Virus record (IMG/VR): IMGVR_UViG_3300016371_000005 | Location: 1 to 39,507 of that record | DNA length: 39,507 nucleotides | Strand: one strand, 5' to 3' | Source of the DNA: a virus | Taxonomy: Duplodnaviria; Caudoviricetes | Shown here: positions 27,739 to 35,863 of the stretch, one piece after another | How positions within the stretch are numbered: position 1 is the stretch's first letter | Layout: the number at the start of each line of letters is the position of its first letter | Made by a program: the position numbers and the translations under genes | The notes under the pieces: model-generated | Databases searched by the model: none | Told to the model about the DNA's origin: nothing | Seen by the model: only the letters and a program-made list of their open reading frames with translations

Positions 27739-28038
27739 ATGAAAATAATATCTGCTACTTGGTATGATGCATTTAACCAAGAGTTTTTAGTAGAATACTT
27801 TGAAAGTTACTTTGATGCAGAACAAATTCTTGATTTCTATGCGGACCAGAAATCCATCTTTGGGCGAAAGATTATTGCAGATTATGCTCATACCCGCGTA
27901 TTTAGTGATGGGACTCGTGTTATTCTACGACTTTGCGAGGTTAAATCAAAAATCGAAAGCCAAGCAGACTTTGGAGCAGAAGGAGTAATAGATGTCGGAC
28001 CCAAACAAAAGTATAAATATCTCCCCGGAGACTTTTAA
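27739..28038 (+). CDS. Hypothetical protein
   Basis: GAGG RBS. Confidence 0.6.
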   Translation: MKIISATWYDAFNQEFLVEYFESYFDAEQILDFYADQKSIFGRKIIADYAHTRVFSDGTRVILRLCEVKSKIESQADFGAEGVIDVGPKQKYKYLPGDF

Positions 28039-28219
28039 AGATTTGAAAGATTTAGAAGCTAGATATCTTATGTATGCAATGGAATGTAAAGAAGAAGGCC
28101 CTGATAGGCATGAAGACCTTATAGATTTTCTAGGAATGGCCAACGGTGTGTACATGGCAATCCAAATAATAGAAGGAAAATATGATCTTAAAACCGGAAA
28201 ATTTAAACAATCTAAGTGA
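27992..28219 (+). CDS. Hypothetical protein
   Basis: AAGGAG RBS. Confidence 0.55.
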   Translation: MSDPNKSINISPETFKDLKDLEARYLMYAMECKEEGPDRHEDLIDFLGMANGVYMAIQIIEGKYDLKTGKFKQSK

Positions 28220-28946
28220 AAAAGAATATCGAGCCTTTCCCTATGAATCTTTCTCCTCTATCAAATATCTTTTGGAATCTCCTAAGACTTTTCAATACTA
28301 TAGAGATAAACCTTTTAAAGGTTCTGATTCCACTCTTCTTGGGACTACAGTACATCATTTTCTACAAGGAAATAAACATCTTGTAGCTTATAGTGTTATA
28401 GATAAACGTAAGAAAGAAGAGTATTCAAAATTTCAGGAAGAATTCATGCAACTTGCTGGAGAAGAAGGAATTATAGTACCAAAATCTTTTGAAGAAAAAG
28501 TTAATAGTATTATGAGCAACCTAAATTCTAATAGTAAAGCTCTGAATCTTCTAGACAATTGTAAATTTGAAGTGCCTTATTTCTTTGAAGTAGATGGGGT
28601 TAATCTTAAAGGCAAGGTGGATGGGATTTCTGATGAGTTTCTTCTAGAGATTAAGACCAGCAGTCAAGCTACTACAGCTTCAGAGTTTAAGGAAGAGGCT
28701 AAAGAAAGACATTATGATATGCAAGCAGCAATGTATATGCATGCTCATGAACAAGTGTCCAAGTGTAGGGTGCCTAATCATTACTTCATTGTTGTTAACA
28801 CCGTAGCACCTTTTAAGGTTTCTGTCTACAAATCATCTAAAGAATTTTTAAAAGGAGGAGAGCAAAAACTCTATGAAGCAGTCGACAGATACAAACGTTA
28901 CATCATTAACGGAGAAGAATACGAAGAAGACGTCGAATCCATCTAA
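28182..28946 (+). CDS. PD-(D/E)XK exonuclease, RecE/ExoVIII-like
   Basis: SFSSIK, LGTTVH, FEV, KGKVD, EIKT, YDMQAAMY. Confidence 0.85.
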   Translation: MILKPENLNNLSEKEYRAFPYESFSSIKYLLESPKTFQYYRDKPFKGSDSTLLGTTVHHFLQGNKHLVAYSVIDKRKKEEYSKFQEEFMQLAGEEGIIVPKSFEEKVNSIMSNLNSNSKALNLLDNCKFEVPYFFEVDGVNLKGKVDGISDEFLLEIKTSSQATTASEFKEEAKERHYDMQAAMYMHAHEQVSKCRVPNHYFIVVNTVAPFKVSVYKSSKEFLKGGEQKLYEAVDRYKRYIINGEEYEEDVESI

Positions 28947-29403
28947 CTCCATTGATAGACTTCTTGCTCGGACTACAAAGGTTGAGTCTCCTCCTGACCG
29001 GCCAGCCAGTTTTTACTTATCACCCAAGAAAACAGGGACTAAGATAAAGACTACTGGAGCCAAGATTCAATCTGAAGAAGAAGTTGTGAAGCAATGTACT
29101 GATTATCTTCGTAAGAATGGGTGGATCACCAAGACCCTTTTCACAGGAGGTATACCTACAGGCCAAGGACGGTATGTGACGAATCCTGCTAAAGGAATTC
29201 CAGACAGTATAAACTTCCATGTCGGAACCAAACGTCTTGTATGGATTGAATACAAGAAGTCTCATAATGGAGTACTTTCTCCAGAACAAAAAGACTGGCA
29301 TAACCTTCTCTTCCACTGTGGATGTGAGATTTGGGTTGTAAACAGTCTTAAGATACTTAAGGAGTTTCTAAATGACTTTCCAGCCATCCAAACAGCTAGT
29401 TGA
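28873..29403 (+). CDS. VRR-NUC domain nuclease
   Basis: SEEEV...KGIPD...WIEYK...LSPEQKDW. Confidence 0.85.
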   Translation: MKQSTDTNVTSLTEKNTKKTSNPSNSIDRLLARTTKVESPPDRPASFYLSPKKTGTKIKTTGAKIQSEEEVVKQCTDYLRKNGWITKTLFTGGIPTGQGRYVTNPAKGIPDSINFHVGTKRLVWIEYKKSHNGVLSPEQKDWHNLLFHCGCEIWVVNSLKILKEFLNDFPAIQTAS

Positions 29404-29827
29404 CTTTATCGCTAGGTGTGAGAATTTCAGGAGTGTCGCGTACAAACCCCTCCCCACTGATCGTTATACTTTCGGTTACGGGTGTACCTATTTTAAGGGG
29501 AAGCCTATTGGGCCAGGGGACACTATCAGTCAAGAGGATGCCCTGCTCCAATTGACGTCTGACCTGGAAAAACTTGGTCTCATCATCAGCGGACCTGGAC
29601 TCCCCAGCAACCTTACTCAAGAACAATTTGATGCGGTTGTTTCGCTGGTTTACAACATCGGGTTTGGGACTTTCAAGAGTTCTGACACTGGTAGATTGTT
29701 TTATGCTGGACAAGATATCTCCGATCGATTTAAGTTATACAATAGGTCTGGTGGACAAGTGATAACCGGGCTAGTCAACAGAAGGGAGAAAGAGAAGGAG
29801 ATTTATACCTCTGGAATTTATAGTTAG
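29372..29827 (+). CDS. Endolysin, GH24 (lambda/P21/T4-like) lysozyme
   Basis: ENFRSVAY...TFGYG, QEQFDAVVSLVYNIG, GLVNRREKE. Confidence 0.92.
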   Translation: MTFQPSKQLVDFIARCENFRSVAYKPLPTDRYTFGYGCTYFKGKPIGPGDTISQEDALLQLTSDLEKLGLIISGPGLPSNLTQEQFDAVVSLVYNIGFGTFKSSDTGRLFYAGQDISDRFKLYNRSGGQVITGLVNRREKEKEIYTSGIYS

Positions 29828-29860
29828 GTCACTCACCATAAAAACTCAGTTGTACGTTAC

Positions 29861-30379
29861 TTGAAAGAGTTTAGCATGTCAATTTTTTCGTTTATTCAGG
29901 CCCAAAAGACCCATGTGATTTATGGGGTCCTTATTGTTGGCCTTGTAGCAATCGGTTCATTCTTTCTGTCTCGAAAGCCGACAGAGGTTGTGAAGACTGT
30001 TACTAAAACCAATACTGTGGACCGTAACATAGTCCAAACAAAAGTGCAATATGTTGATCGAGTTATTGTTAAAAAAGATGCCAATGGCAGTATCACTACT
30101 ACAACCGAACATATCGGTACAGATGATACAACAACAGACAAATCGAGACTAAAGTCCACTTTTGCAAGTACTGAAAAAACCTCATACCTAACACGGTATA
30201 GTTTAGGAATAAAGTACCCTGTTACACTGACTTATACTGGAATTAATCTCACACCTACTCAGATTAAAGAGATTCAAATAGAAGGAGGAATAAGACTCTT
30301 TAGTCTACCTATTTTTGCAACTATTACTACAAACATAGGTTTGAACCAATATTTCTTAGGTGTTAGATATGAATTCTAG
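29861..30379 (+). CDS. Membrane-anchored protein next to endolysin (possible spanin-like)
   Basis: N-terminal TM helix, Thr/Val-rich linker, C-terminal amphipathic beta strands ending YFLGVRYEF. Confidence 0.55.
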   Translation: MKEFSMSIFSFIQAQKTHVIYGVLIVGLVAIGSFFLSRKPTEVVKTVTKTNTVDRNIVQTKVQYVDRVIVKKDANGSITTTTEHIGTDDTTTDKSRLKSTFASTEKTSYLTRYSLGIKYPVTLTYTGINLTPTQIKEIQIEGGIRLFSLPIFATITTNIGLNQYFLGVRYEF

Positions 30380-30387
30380 AGGTTATT

Positions 30388-31080
30388 ATGAGTACAGTGT
30401 TAGTTATACCTGATATTCAGGTACCTTTTATGCATGAAGATGCTTATACATTTCTTGCAACAATTAAAAAAGCTTACAATCCAGATATAGTTGTACAAAT
30501 CGGAGATCTTGCCGATCAACATTATTTCTCTCGTTATACACCTTCCACTAAATCTAAAGGTGGTAAAGAAGAAATGGAACAAGCTTCTAAGCAACTTGAC
30601 CCTTTGAAACGATTATTTCCTAAGATGTATATCTGCTGGGGTAATCATGACCTTCGTATCTTTCAAAAAGCCGGTGAAGCTGGTATAGATTCAAGTTTAT
30701 TGAAGTCTTATAATGAGATGCTTGATATGCCTAAAGGTTGGAAGATAGCCGATAATTGGGAATTTGATGGTGTTATGTATGAGCATGGTATAGGTCGTAG
30801 TGGTTCTCAAGGAGCTATAACAGCTGCTAAAGCTAATATGAAGTCTACTGTGATAGGGCATTTACATTCTCATGCTGGAGTACTTTATTATGGCAATAAA
30901 GATCATTTATTATTCGGGTTCAATGTAGGAGCTCTTATAGATGATAGAAAGTATGCGTTTGAATATGGAAGATTTGTATCTTCTAAATCTGTATTAGGAT
31001 GTGGTCTAGTAATAGACGGCACTCCTGTGTTTATTCCTATGGTACTTAATAAGAATCATAGATGGGAGGGGAAAATATGA
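30388..31080 (+). CDS. Calcineurin-like metallophosphoesterase
   Basis: PDIQ, GDLAD, GNHD, HG, GHLH. Confidence 0.9.
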   Translation: MSTVLVIPDIQVPFMHEDAYTFLATIKKAYNPDIVVQIGDLADQHYFSRYTPSTKSKGGKEEMEQASKQLDPLKRLFPKMYICWGNHDLRIFQKAGEAGIDSSLLKSYNEMLDMPKGWKIADNWEFDGVMYEHGIGRSGSQGAITAAKANMKSTVIGHLHSHAGVLYYGNKDHLLFGFNVGALIDDRKYAFEYGRFVSSKSVLGCGLVIDGTPVFIPMVLNKNHRWEGKI

Positions 31081-31253
31081 TTGTTTATGTATTGTCTATT
31101 TTTATTTATGGCTATGGTGGAGAAGCTGTAACAGAAATTCAAACATTTGAATATAAAACTATGGCAGAATGTTTAGCAGCTAAGAAACAAAAAATCCCTC
31201 TTTTAGAAGATCCTTCTGAATCTATCTGTGAGGCAAATAATGTTAACAACTGA
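31062..31253 (+). CDS. Hypothetical small protein (start probably 31077)
   Basis: GGGAGG RBS; MAECLAA motif. Confidence 0.55.
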   Translation: MGGENMIVYVLSIFIYGYGGEAVTEIQTFEYKTMAECLAAKKQKIPLLEDPSESICEANNVNN

Positions 31254-31449
31254 ATGTCTGGAAGAGCAAATTATTGAAGCTGCTTTAAAATTAGCACCTT
31301 ATGGTATTTTCCTTACTGAAGTAATGGTTGGTCCTAAATCTTTTAAAGAATTGAAAAAGATGAAGTTAGAAATAGATGATGAAGGAAGATTGATACTTTA
31401 TACAATTTCTGGTGAATTTCCTATAAAAATTAGGGATTGGAGAAAATGA
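31228..31449 (+). CDS. Hypothetical protein
   Basis: GAGG RBS before MLTTE. Confidence 0.55.
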   Translation: MRQIMLTTECLEEQIIEAALKLAPYGIFLTEVMVGPKSFKELKKMKLEIDDEGRLILYTISGEFPIKIRDWRK

Positions 31450-31485
31450 GATATAAAATTGATGGATCTATTTGTGAGGTAGTTA

Positions 31486-31956
31486 GTGGCAACTAAGAGA
31501 ATCTCAAATTTATCAGACTTAGCTAATTGTACTGATGAAGAATTTGATAAATGGACTTCAGCAGTAGAAAACTTTAAAGGACAACTCATTTTGGATGATT
31601 TAACTTTTGAGACTAAAGATGTTCCAGGTATCGAAGGTAAAGGAAACTTATCTCATAAACCTCATTTAGCCTATCTTGATCCTCATCTTGAACATGAGAT
31701 GGGAATGGGTATGAGGTATGGTGCTATAAAGCATGGTTGGAATAATCATAGACGATTAGGAGTAGAAGCTTCACAACACATTCTTGATTCTCTTAAAAGA
31801 CATCTAAATGCTTATCTTCGAGGAGAGCAAATAGATACTGAAAGTAATATTAATCATTTAGCTTGTGTGATGAATAATATTAATTTTTTATACAGGCTTG
31901 ACAGATTATATGGATATGATGCTGTAATGCAAAATATCTATGGAGAAACTAAATGA
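31486..31956 (+). CDS. dATP/dGTP diphosphohydrolase-like protein (DUF5664-type)
   Basis: KPHLAYLDP...MRYGAIKHGWNNHR...DSLKRHL..YLRGEQIDTESNINHLA..NINFL. Confidence 0.8.
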   Translation: MATKRISNLSDLANCTDEEFDKWTSAVENFKGQLILDDLTFETKDVPGIEGKGNLSHKPHLAYLDPHLEHEMGMGMRYGAIKHGWNNHRRLGVEASQHILDSLKRHLNAYLRGEQIDTESNINHLACVMNNINFLYRLDRLYGYDAVMQNIYGETK

Positions 31957-32678
31957 AACAAATCTATATTTACTTAGCAATTATTTTTGCAATCTTCTTA
32001 GGGTTGCTCGGGCACAAAGTATTTGCTAATGAGCCTCAAATAACAATATTGCACGCTGATTATGAAGTTATTAAATCAGAACCTTCTACTATTGTACTTA
32101 ACAATACTAACTTTGCTGCTATTCGGGATGAAGTTAATGGTGCGACTATCAACAAAGCACTTTTAGCACTTACTAAATCAGATCCTAATAAGCCTTTCTA
32201 TTTGTTTCTAGATTCTCCAGGTGGAGATGTAATCGCTGGTCGTCGGTTAGTTAGTTATCTTCATGATTCTAAAAGAAATATAGTTTGTGTAGCTCAAACA
32301 GCTATCAGTATGGCTTATGTGATTCTACAATCCTGTCCTGTTAGATTGGTTACTGCTCATAGCATCCTTATGACACATCAGATTGCAGGTAAGATGGAAG
32401 GAAACCTTAGAGAGTTACAGGCTCAAATCTATTTTAAACAAAGACTTGCAGACCTCTACGATGGTATCATTGCTGCTAGGATGGGTTTGGCACTTGATGT
32501 ATATCGTACTAAAATCAACCCTGAATGGTGGATGGTAGGATATCAAGAAGCCATCAATAACAATGCTGCAGATGCTCCTGTCCAAGTTAGGTGTACTACA
32601 GAACTTGAAAAAGAGATAGAGACTGTGGGTCAAGGTTCTGATGCTGCCAAAGTATCCAAATGCCCTATTGCTGGATAG
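31953..32678 (+). CDS. ClpP/crotonase-like protease with N-terminal signal peptide
   Basis: Signal-like MKQIYIYLAIIFAIFLGLLGHKVFA; LFLDSPGGDV, AISMA (Ser), LMTHQ (His). Confidence 0.8.
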   Translation: MKQIYIYLAIIFAIFLGLLGHKVFANEPQITILHADYEVIKSEPSTIVLNNTNFAAIRDEVNGATINKALLALTKSDPNKPFYLFLDSPGGDVIAGRRLVSYLHDSKRNIVCVAQTAISMAYVILQSCPVRLVTAHSILMTHQIAGKMEGNLRELQAQIYFKQRLADLYDGIIAARMGLALDVYRTKINPEWWMVGYQEAINNNAADAPVQVRCTTELEKEIETVGQGSDAAKVSKCPIAG

Positions 32679-32697
32679 TGTTATTGCTACTATATTA

Positions 32698-32771
32698 TGG
32701 TGAATAGCTCTAACAATGAGAGAGCCCTGGATGGTATCAGGAGCGTGTAAGTGCAAGTCTTACTTCACCTT
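32698..32771 (+). ncRNA. tRNA-like cloverleaf (degenerate)
   Basis: GGUGAA/UUCACC, UA, GCUC/GAGC, CCUGG/UCAGG, GUAAG-UGCAAGU-CUUAC; 6-nt anticodon loop; no CCA. Confidence 0.6.
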
Positions 32772-32784
32772 TCAAGGAGGATAT

Positions 32785-32925
32785 ATGGTTCGGTATGAGA
32801 ATGGTAAATATGTTATCAAATCTGAAGATGGTAAAAAGACACTAGGCTCATATGAAACCAAAGAAGAAGCTGAAGAGCGCCTTCGGCAGATAGAATACTT
32901 CAAATATAAAGGAAACAATAAATGA
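32785..32925 (+). CDS. Small conserved-type phage protein (46 aa)
   Basis: AAGGAGG RBS; MVRYENGKYVIKSEDGKKTLGSYETKEEAEERLRQIEYFK. Confidence 0.75.
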   Translation: MVRYENGKYVIKSEDGKKTLGSYETKEEAEERLRQIEYFKYKGNNK

Positions 32926-33137
32926 ATGTTTCAACACTCAGATACTTAGTAAACTCACTAACCCATAAATTTACAGAATCAGGTGGTGAACTTACTAAAG
33001 ATCCGGAAGAATATGATTTAGTTCTTCAGCATGGATTTGGAGATAGTGTAAAGACCTATAAACTTACCCCAGTTGGTAAAGTAGACCATGCAAATAAGAC
33101 AACAACTTTTGTAATTACAGAGATTGAAGGACCGTAA
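32922..33137 (+). CDS. Hypothetical protein
   Basis: Coupled ORF, AAGGA RBS. Confidence 0.6.
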   Translation: MNVSTLRYLVNSLTHKFTESGGELTKDPEEYDLVLQHGFGDSVKTYKLTPVGKVDHANKTTTFVITEIEGP

Positions 33138-33147
33138 CTGATAATAC

Positions 33148-33300
33148 GGCACCCTCGATCGTCTTCAGACAGACGTTAAAGGTCTGGGCTCAAATAAGGA
33201 TGCCATGAAATAATTCATCCTAAGCCTCTGCCTTTCCCAACCGGGGCAGCGCGCAAGCGCGAAACTGTGCTGGTGCTTGTAGGCTAGTGAGTAACCTTCT
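33148..33300 (+). ncRNA. GC-rich structured intergenic RNA with H-type pseudoknot
   Basis: GGCACCCU/AGGAUGCC enclosing CGUCU/AGACG whose loop UCAGAC pairs with GUCUGG; second domain AGCCU/AGGCU, ACCGG/CUGGU, CGC-GCAA-GCG. Confidence 0.55.
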
Positions 33301-33304
33301 GACT

Positions 33305-33333
33305 GCCAGGAAAGACTGGCTTTTTTCTTTTTT
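33305..33333 (+). terminator. Rho-independent terminator
   Basis: GCCAG-GAAAGA-CTGGC plus long T tract. Confidence 0.85.
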
Positions 33334-33334
33334 C

Positions 33335-33361
33335 TCAAGTTTCTATACATCCCGACGATAA
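33335..33361 (+). promoter_or_regulatory. sigma28 (FliA)-type promoter 2
   Basis: TCAAGTTT-N11-GACGATAA, directly after a terminator. Confidence 0.7.
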
Positions 33362-33398
33362 ATATAATAGGAGGAATTACCCTCTCAGGAGAAGTATC

Positions 33399-33536
33399 AT
33401 GGAGACTCTGTTCATTGTCTGTATTGTCTTAGTATCTTTAGCCTGTATTTCAGGTTTAATTATCGGTTTTTATGAAGAAATGAAAGTTATAGATGAACAA
33501 CTTGATTCTTTAAGACACAACCGTAAAGGAGAGTAA
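33399..33536 (+). CDS. Small single-TM protein (45 aa)
   Basis: AGGAG RBS; METLFIVCIVLVSLACISGLIIGFYEE... Confidence 0.65.
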   Translation: METLFIVCIVLVSLACISGLIIGFYEEMKVIDEQLDSLRHNRKGE

Positions 33537-33540
33537 TAAT

Positions 33541-33702
33541 ATGTTTACTTTATTAGTAATTTCTGGATGTGTTCTAGTTGTAACTGTTTCAGGTCTTATC
33601 CTATATACTATGCACAGTATTCATGAAGTTGCAGAAGCTATATGGGAAGTCGAAAACAACCCTGATTTTGGAGGTTTCAATGAAACTAACAGAAAAGATT
33701 AA
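33541..33702 (+). CDS. Small single-TM protein (53 aa)
   Basis: AAGGAG RBS; MFTLLVISGCVLVVTVSGLILY... Confidence 0.65.
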   Translation: MFTLLVISGCVLVVTVSGLILYTMHSIHEVAEAIWEVENNPDFGGFNETNRKD

Positions 33703-33790
33703 GGCAGTAACTGATACAGTATCTATTATGGCTTGGACTATGGTTGCGATAATAATACTGACCAAAGAATCTAACAAACCCAAACAATGA
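33680..33790 (+). CDS. Small single-TM protein (36 aa)
   Basis: GGAGG RBS; MKLTEKIKAVTDTVSIMAWTMVAIIILTKE... Confidence 0.6.
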   Translation: MKLTEKIKAVTDTVSIMAWTMVAIIILTKESNKPKQ

Positions 33791-33811
33791 CCGGTATATC
33801 CGGTCTTTTTT
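33789..33811 (+). terminator. Rho-independent terminator
   Basis: GACCGG-TATAT-CCGGTC-TTTTTT. Confidence 0.8.
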
Positions 33812-33824
33812 ATTAGGATAATCT

Positions 33825-34121
33825 ATGAAAATTATTACATTACTTGTTTCTAGTCTCGTCGCTATCGCCCCACCCCATACTTCTGTAGCTTCTGCGTCCA
33901 CATCAGGTGATAGTGACCATCCTCAATTCTATCAATGCACCGTAGAATTTCCTGATGGTACTAAATCAGGTATTTGTATGGAAAAAGGCGAAAAGCATTA
34001 TGAATTTCTTACTTGTTCAGGTATAGGTTTGGCATATGTAGAACCAGGTGCTTTAACCCGTGTAGACGAAAATACCTGTGGTGCTGATGTTGTAGGATTC
34101 AATAAAAAATCTAAGGAGTAA
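33825..34121 (+). CDS. Secreted Cys-containing small protein
   Basis: Signal peptide MKIITLLVSSLVAIA; four Cys. Confidence 0.65.
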   Translation: MKIITLLVSSLVAIAPPHTSVASASTSGDSDHPQFYQCTVEFPDGTKSGICMEKGEKHYEFLTCSGIGLAYVEPGALTRVDENTCGADVVGFNKKSKE

Positions 34122-34124
34122 TCT

Positions 34125-34349
34125 ATGAGTTTAGAAGAAAAACTTACCAGTATAACATTAGCATTAGAGATGCTTAGATTTTATGAAAAAGAATATGAAA
34201 AAGATAAAGAACATATTCATAATTTAATACATGCCAGATTAAATTTGGAAACTAAAATTAGAGAAATGTATGAATTATACGAGAAAGAACATGTACCAGT
34301 TATTCGTAAAGTTCCAGGAGCTGATTATGGACTTAGACAAAAAGATTGA
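34125..34349 (+). CDS. Hypothetical protein
   Basis: AAGGAG RBS. Confidence 0.6.
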   Translation: MSLEEKLTSITLALEMLRFYEKEYEKDKEHIHNLIHARLNLETKIREMYELYEKEHVPVIRKVPGADYGLRQKD

Positions 34350-34482
34350 AGATATGTTGGATGAGGCTGTGGAACTTCTTCAGCAATCTGGAGAAGAACC
34401 TACACTTGAGAATCTTATTAAAGCGTCTATCTATCTCAAGCGTCTTTATGAACTAAAACGAAACACTATAGATGCTAATTGA
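34270..34482 (+). CDS. Hypothetical protein (start probably 34327)
   Basis: AGGAG RBS before MDLDKK. Confidence 0.55.
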   Translation: MNYTRKNMYQLFVKFQELIMDLDKKIEDMLDEAVELLQQSGEEPTLENLIKASIYLKRLYELKRNTIDAN

Positions 34483-34488
34483 GGCAAT

Positions 34489-35436
34489 ATGATTCGACAA
34501 TCGTATCAACTATTTCGCAGGGCATTAGCTCATGAAAAATCTAATAAAACCAACCTTCTTATTACAGTTGTACTTGAAATATTTTCTGTTGTCTTATTGT
34601 ATTTCCTCAATCGCTTTTATGGCACTATCTATGATGGTATCTCTCATTACAACTCTGGCCAGATATATGGAGGTATGGCTAAGTTTGCAGGTCTTGCCGG
34701 TGCCCTGGTTTTAGTAGGAGGTCTTACAACCTTCTACTGTAACAAACTAGCGTTTAGTATACGGGAAGGTCTAAACATTTACTATCTTCAAAGAATTAAC
34801 ACTCTTTATCTAGTTGATAATCGTGAACAGCGTATTCAGGAGGATCTAAAGAACTTTGGAGAAAGAAGTTGTGAGTTTTGGTTCGCAGTATTCCGTAGTA
34901 TCCTAAAAATACCTATCTTTTTAGGGGTGATAATCACACTAACTCAATGGTACGTTGGTCTTATTGTGATAGCTGCGGTGATTATCGGAACATTCGCAGT
35001 AAAATGTGCGGCAAATAGCCTCATAAGCCAACAAGCAAAGCAGGAATCGAATGAGGCTACATACCGTAAAGAGATTATTACAGGATTCTTCACAAAATTT
35101 CAAGAGATAAAAACACTTTTTAACATCATAAACATAAAGATTAAGCGACTATCTTATCTTCAGTCTGGGTTAGGGCAGGCTTTTGTGTTATTGCCTTTTG
35201 TAATATTATTGCCACTTTATCTATCAAAATCTATTACAATGGGGGTGTTAATGCAGGCGGCTAATGCTCTTGGAAAGGTGATAGAATCTTTGACAGTTTT
35301 GATTGAACAGCGTCAATTAATTGTCAATATCTCAACTTGTCTCTTGCGGATGGAAACTTTAGACGTTAAAGTTTACAAGATAACTGAAGAAGGAAGAGTA
35401 GAAGAAGATTCAGAGTTTTCCGAAGACTTTGGCTGA
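34489..35436 (+). CDS. SbmA/BacA-like (ABC_membrane_2-type) peptide transporter membrane domain
   Basis: Multiple TM helices; LNRFYGTIYDGI, DNREQRIQEDL and ESNEATYR motifs; no nucleotide-binding domain. Confidence 0.8.
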   Translation: MIRQSYQLFRRALAHEKSNKTNLLITVVLEIFSVVLLYFLNRFYGTIYDGISHYNSGQIYGGMAKFAGLAGALVLVGGLTTFYCNKLAFSIREGLNIYYLQRINTLYLVDNREQRIQEDLKNFGERSCEFWFAVFRSILKIPIFLGVIITLTQWYVGLIVIAAVIIGTFAVKCAANSLISQQAKQESNEATYRKEIITGFFTKFQEIKTLFNIINIKIKRLSYLQSGLGQAFVLLPFVILLPLYLSKSITMGVLMQAANALGKVIESLTVLIEQRQLIVNISTCLLRMETLDVKVYKITEEGRVEEDSEFSEDFG

Positions 35437-35652
35437 GATAGCAGAGACAAACAATCCTAATATCCAAGCAAAGCCTTTGAGTTTCATATCATGAGTCTCT
35501 ACCTTGGCTTTAACCTCATTCATGGTGTGTAAAGCTCTTTCGATTCTATCATTTTGTTCACGTTGATACTCAATGTGGGTTTCGATTCTGGCAGTCCTAT
35601 CTGCTAAGACTCTAACCTCATTGAGGATCTCCTGAATTTGTACCTGTTCCAT
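35410..35652 (-). CDS. Coiled-coil protein with C-terminal TM (XhlA/holin-associated type)
   Basis: RTARIET coiled coil followed by FAWILGLFVSAISA. Confidence 0.6.
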   Translation of the reverse strand: MEQVQIQEILNEVRVLADRTARIETHIEYQREQNDRIERALHTMNEVKAKVETHDMKLKGFAWILGLFVSAISAKVFGKL

Positions 35653-35863
35653 TGTTCCCTCTAATCGCGTCTATCGCAGACACACCTAATGCCATGCCTA
35701 CTAAAGCCACGACCCATTGTCCCACCTCAGGATTCTTACAAAGAACCACCATTCCAACTCCTGATAAGATTACTCTAGTCCTCAGGAGTCCCGCCATTCT
35801 ATGTAATATCACATGCCAATTAAACTTCACGATACCCTCTCTCTTAAGCAAGTATGACTTCAC
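35618..35863 (-). CDS. Putative holin
   Basis: Two hydrophobic segments; lies at the end of the late operon. Confidence 0.5.
   Translation of the reverse strand: MKSYLLKREGIVKFNWHVILHRMAGLLRTRVILSGVGMVVLCKNPEVGQWVVALVGMALGVSAIDAIRGNNGTGTNSGDPQ

Noticed and set aside
24377-31956. Z-genome (2-aminoadenine) system
   Set aside because: No PurZ-like gene is recognisable in the complete genome.
33160-33190. Pistol or HDV-like ribozyme call for the intergenic RNA
   Set aside because: The P1/UUAAA part resembles pistol, but P2/P3 and the cleavage junction are absent, and HDV P2 pairing could not be built.
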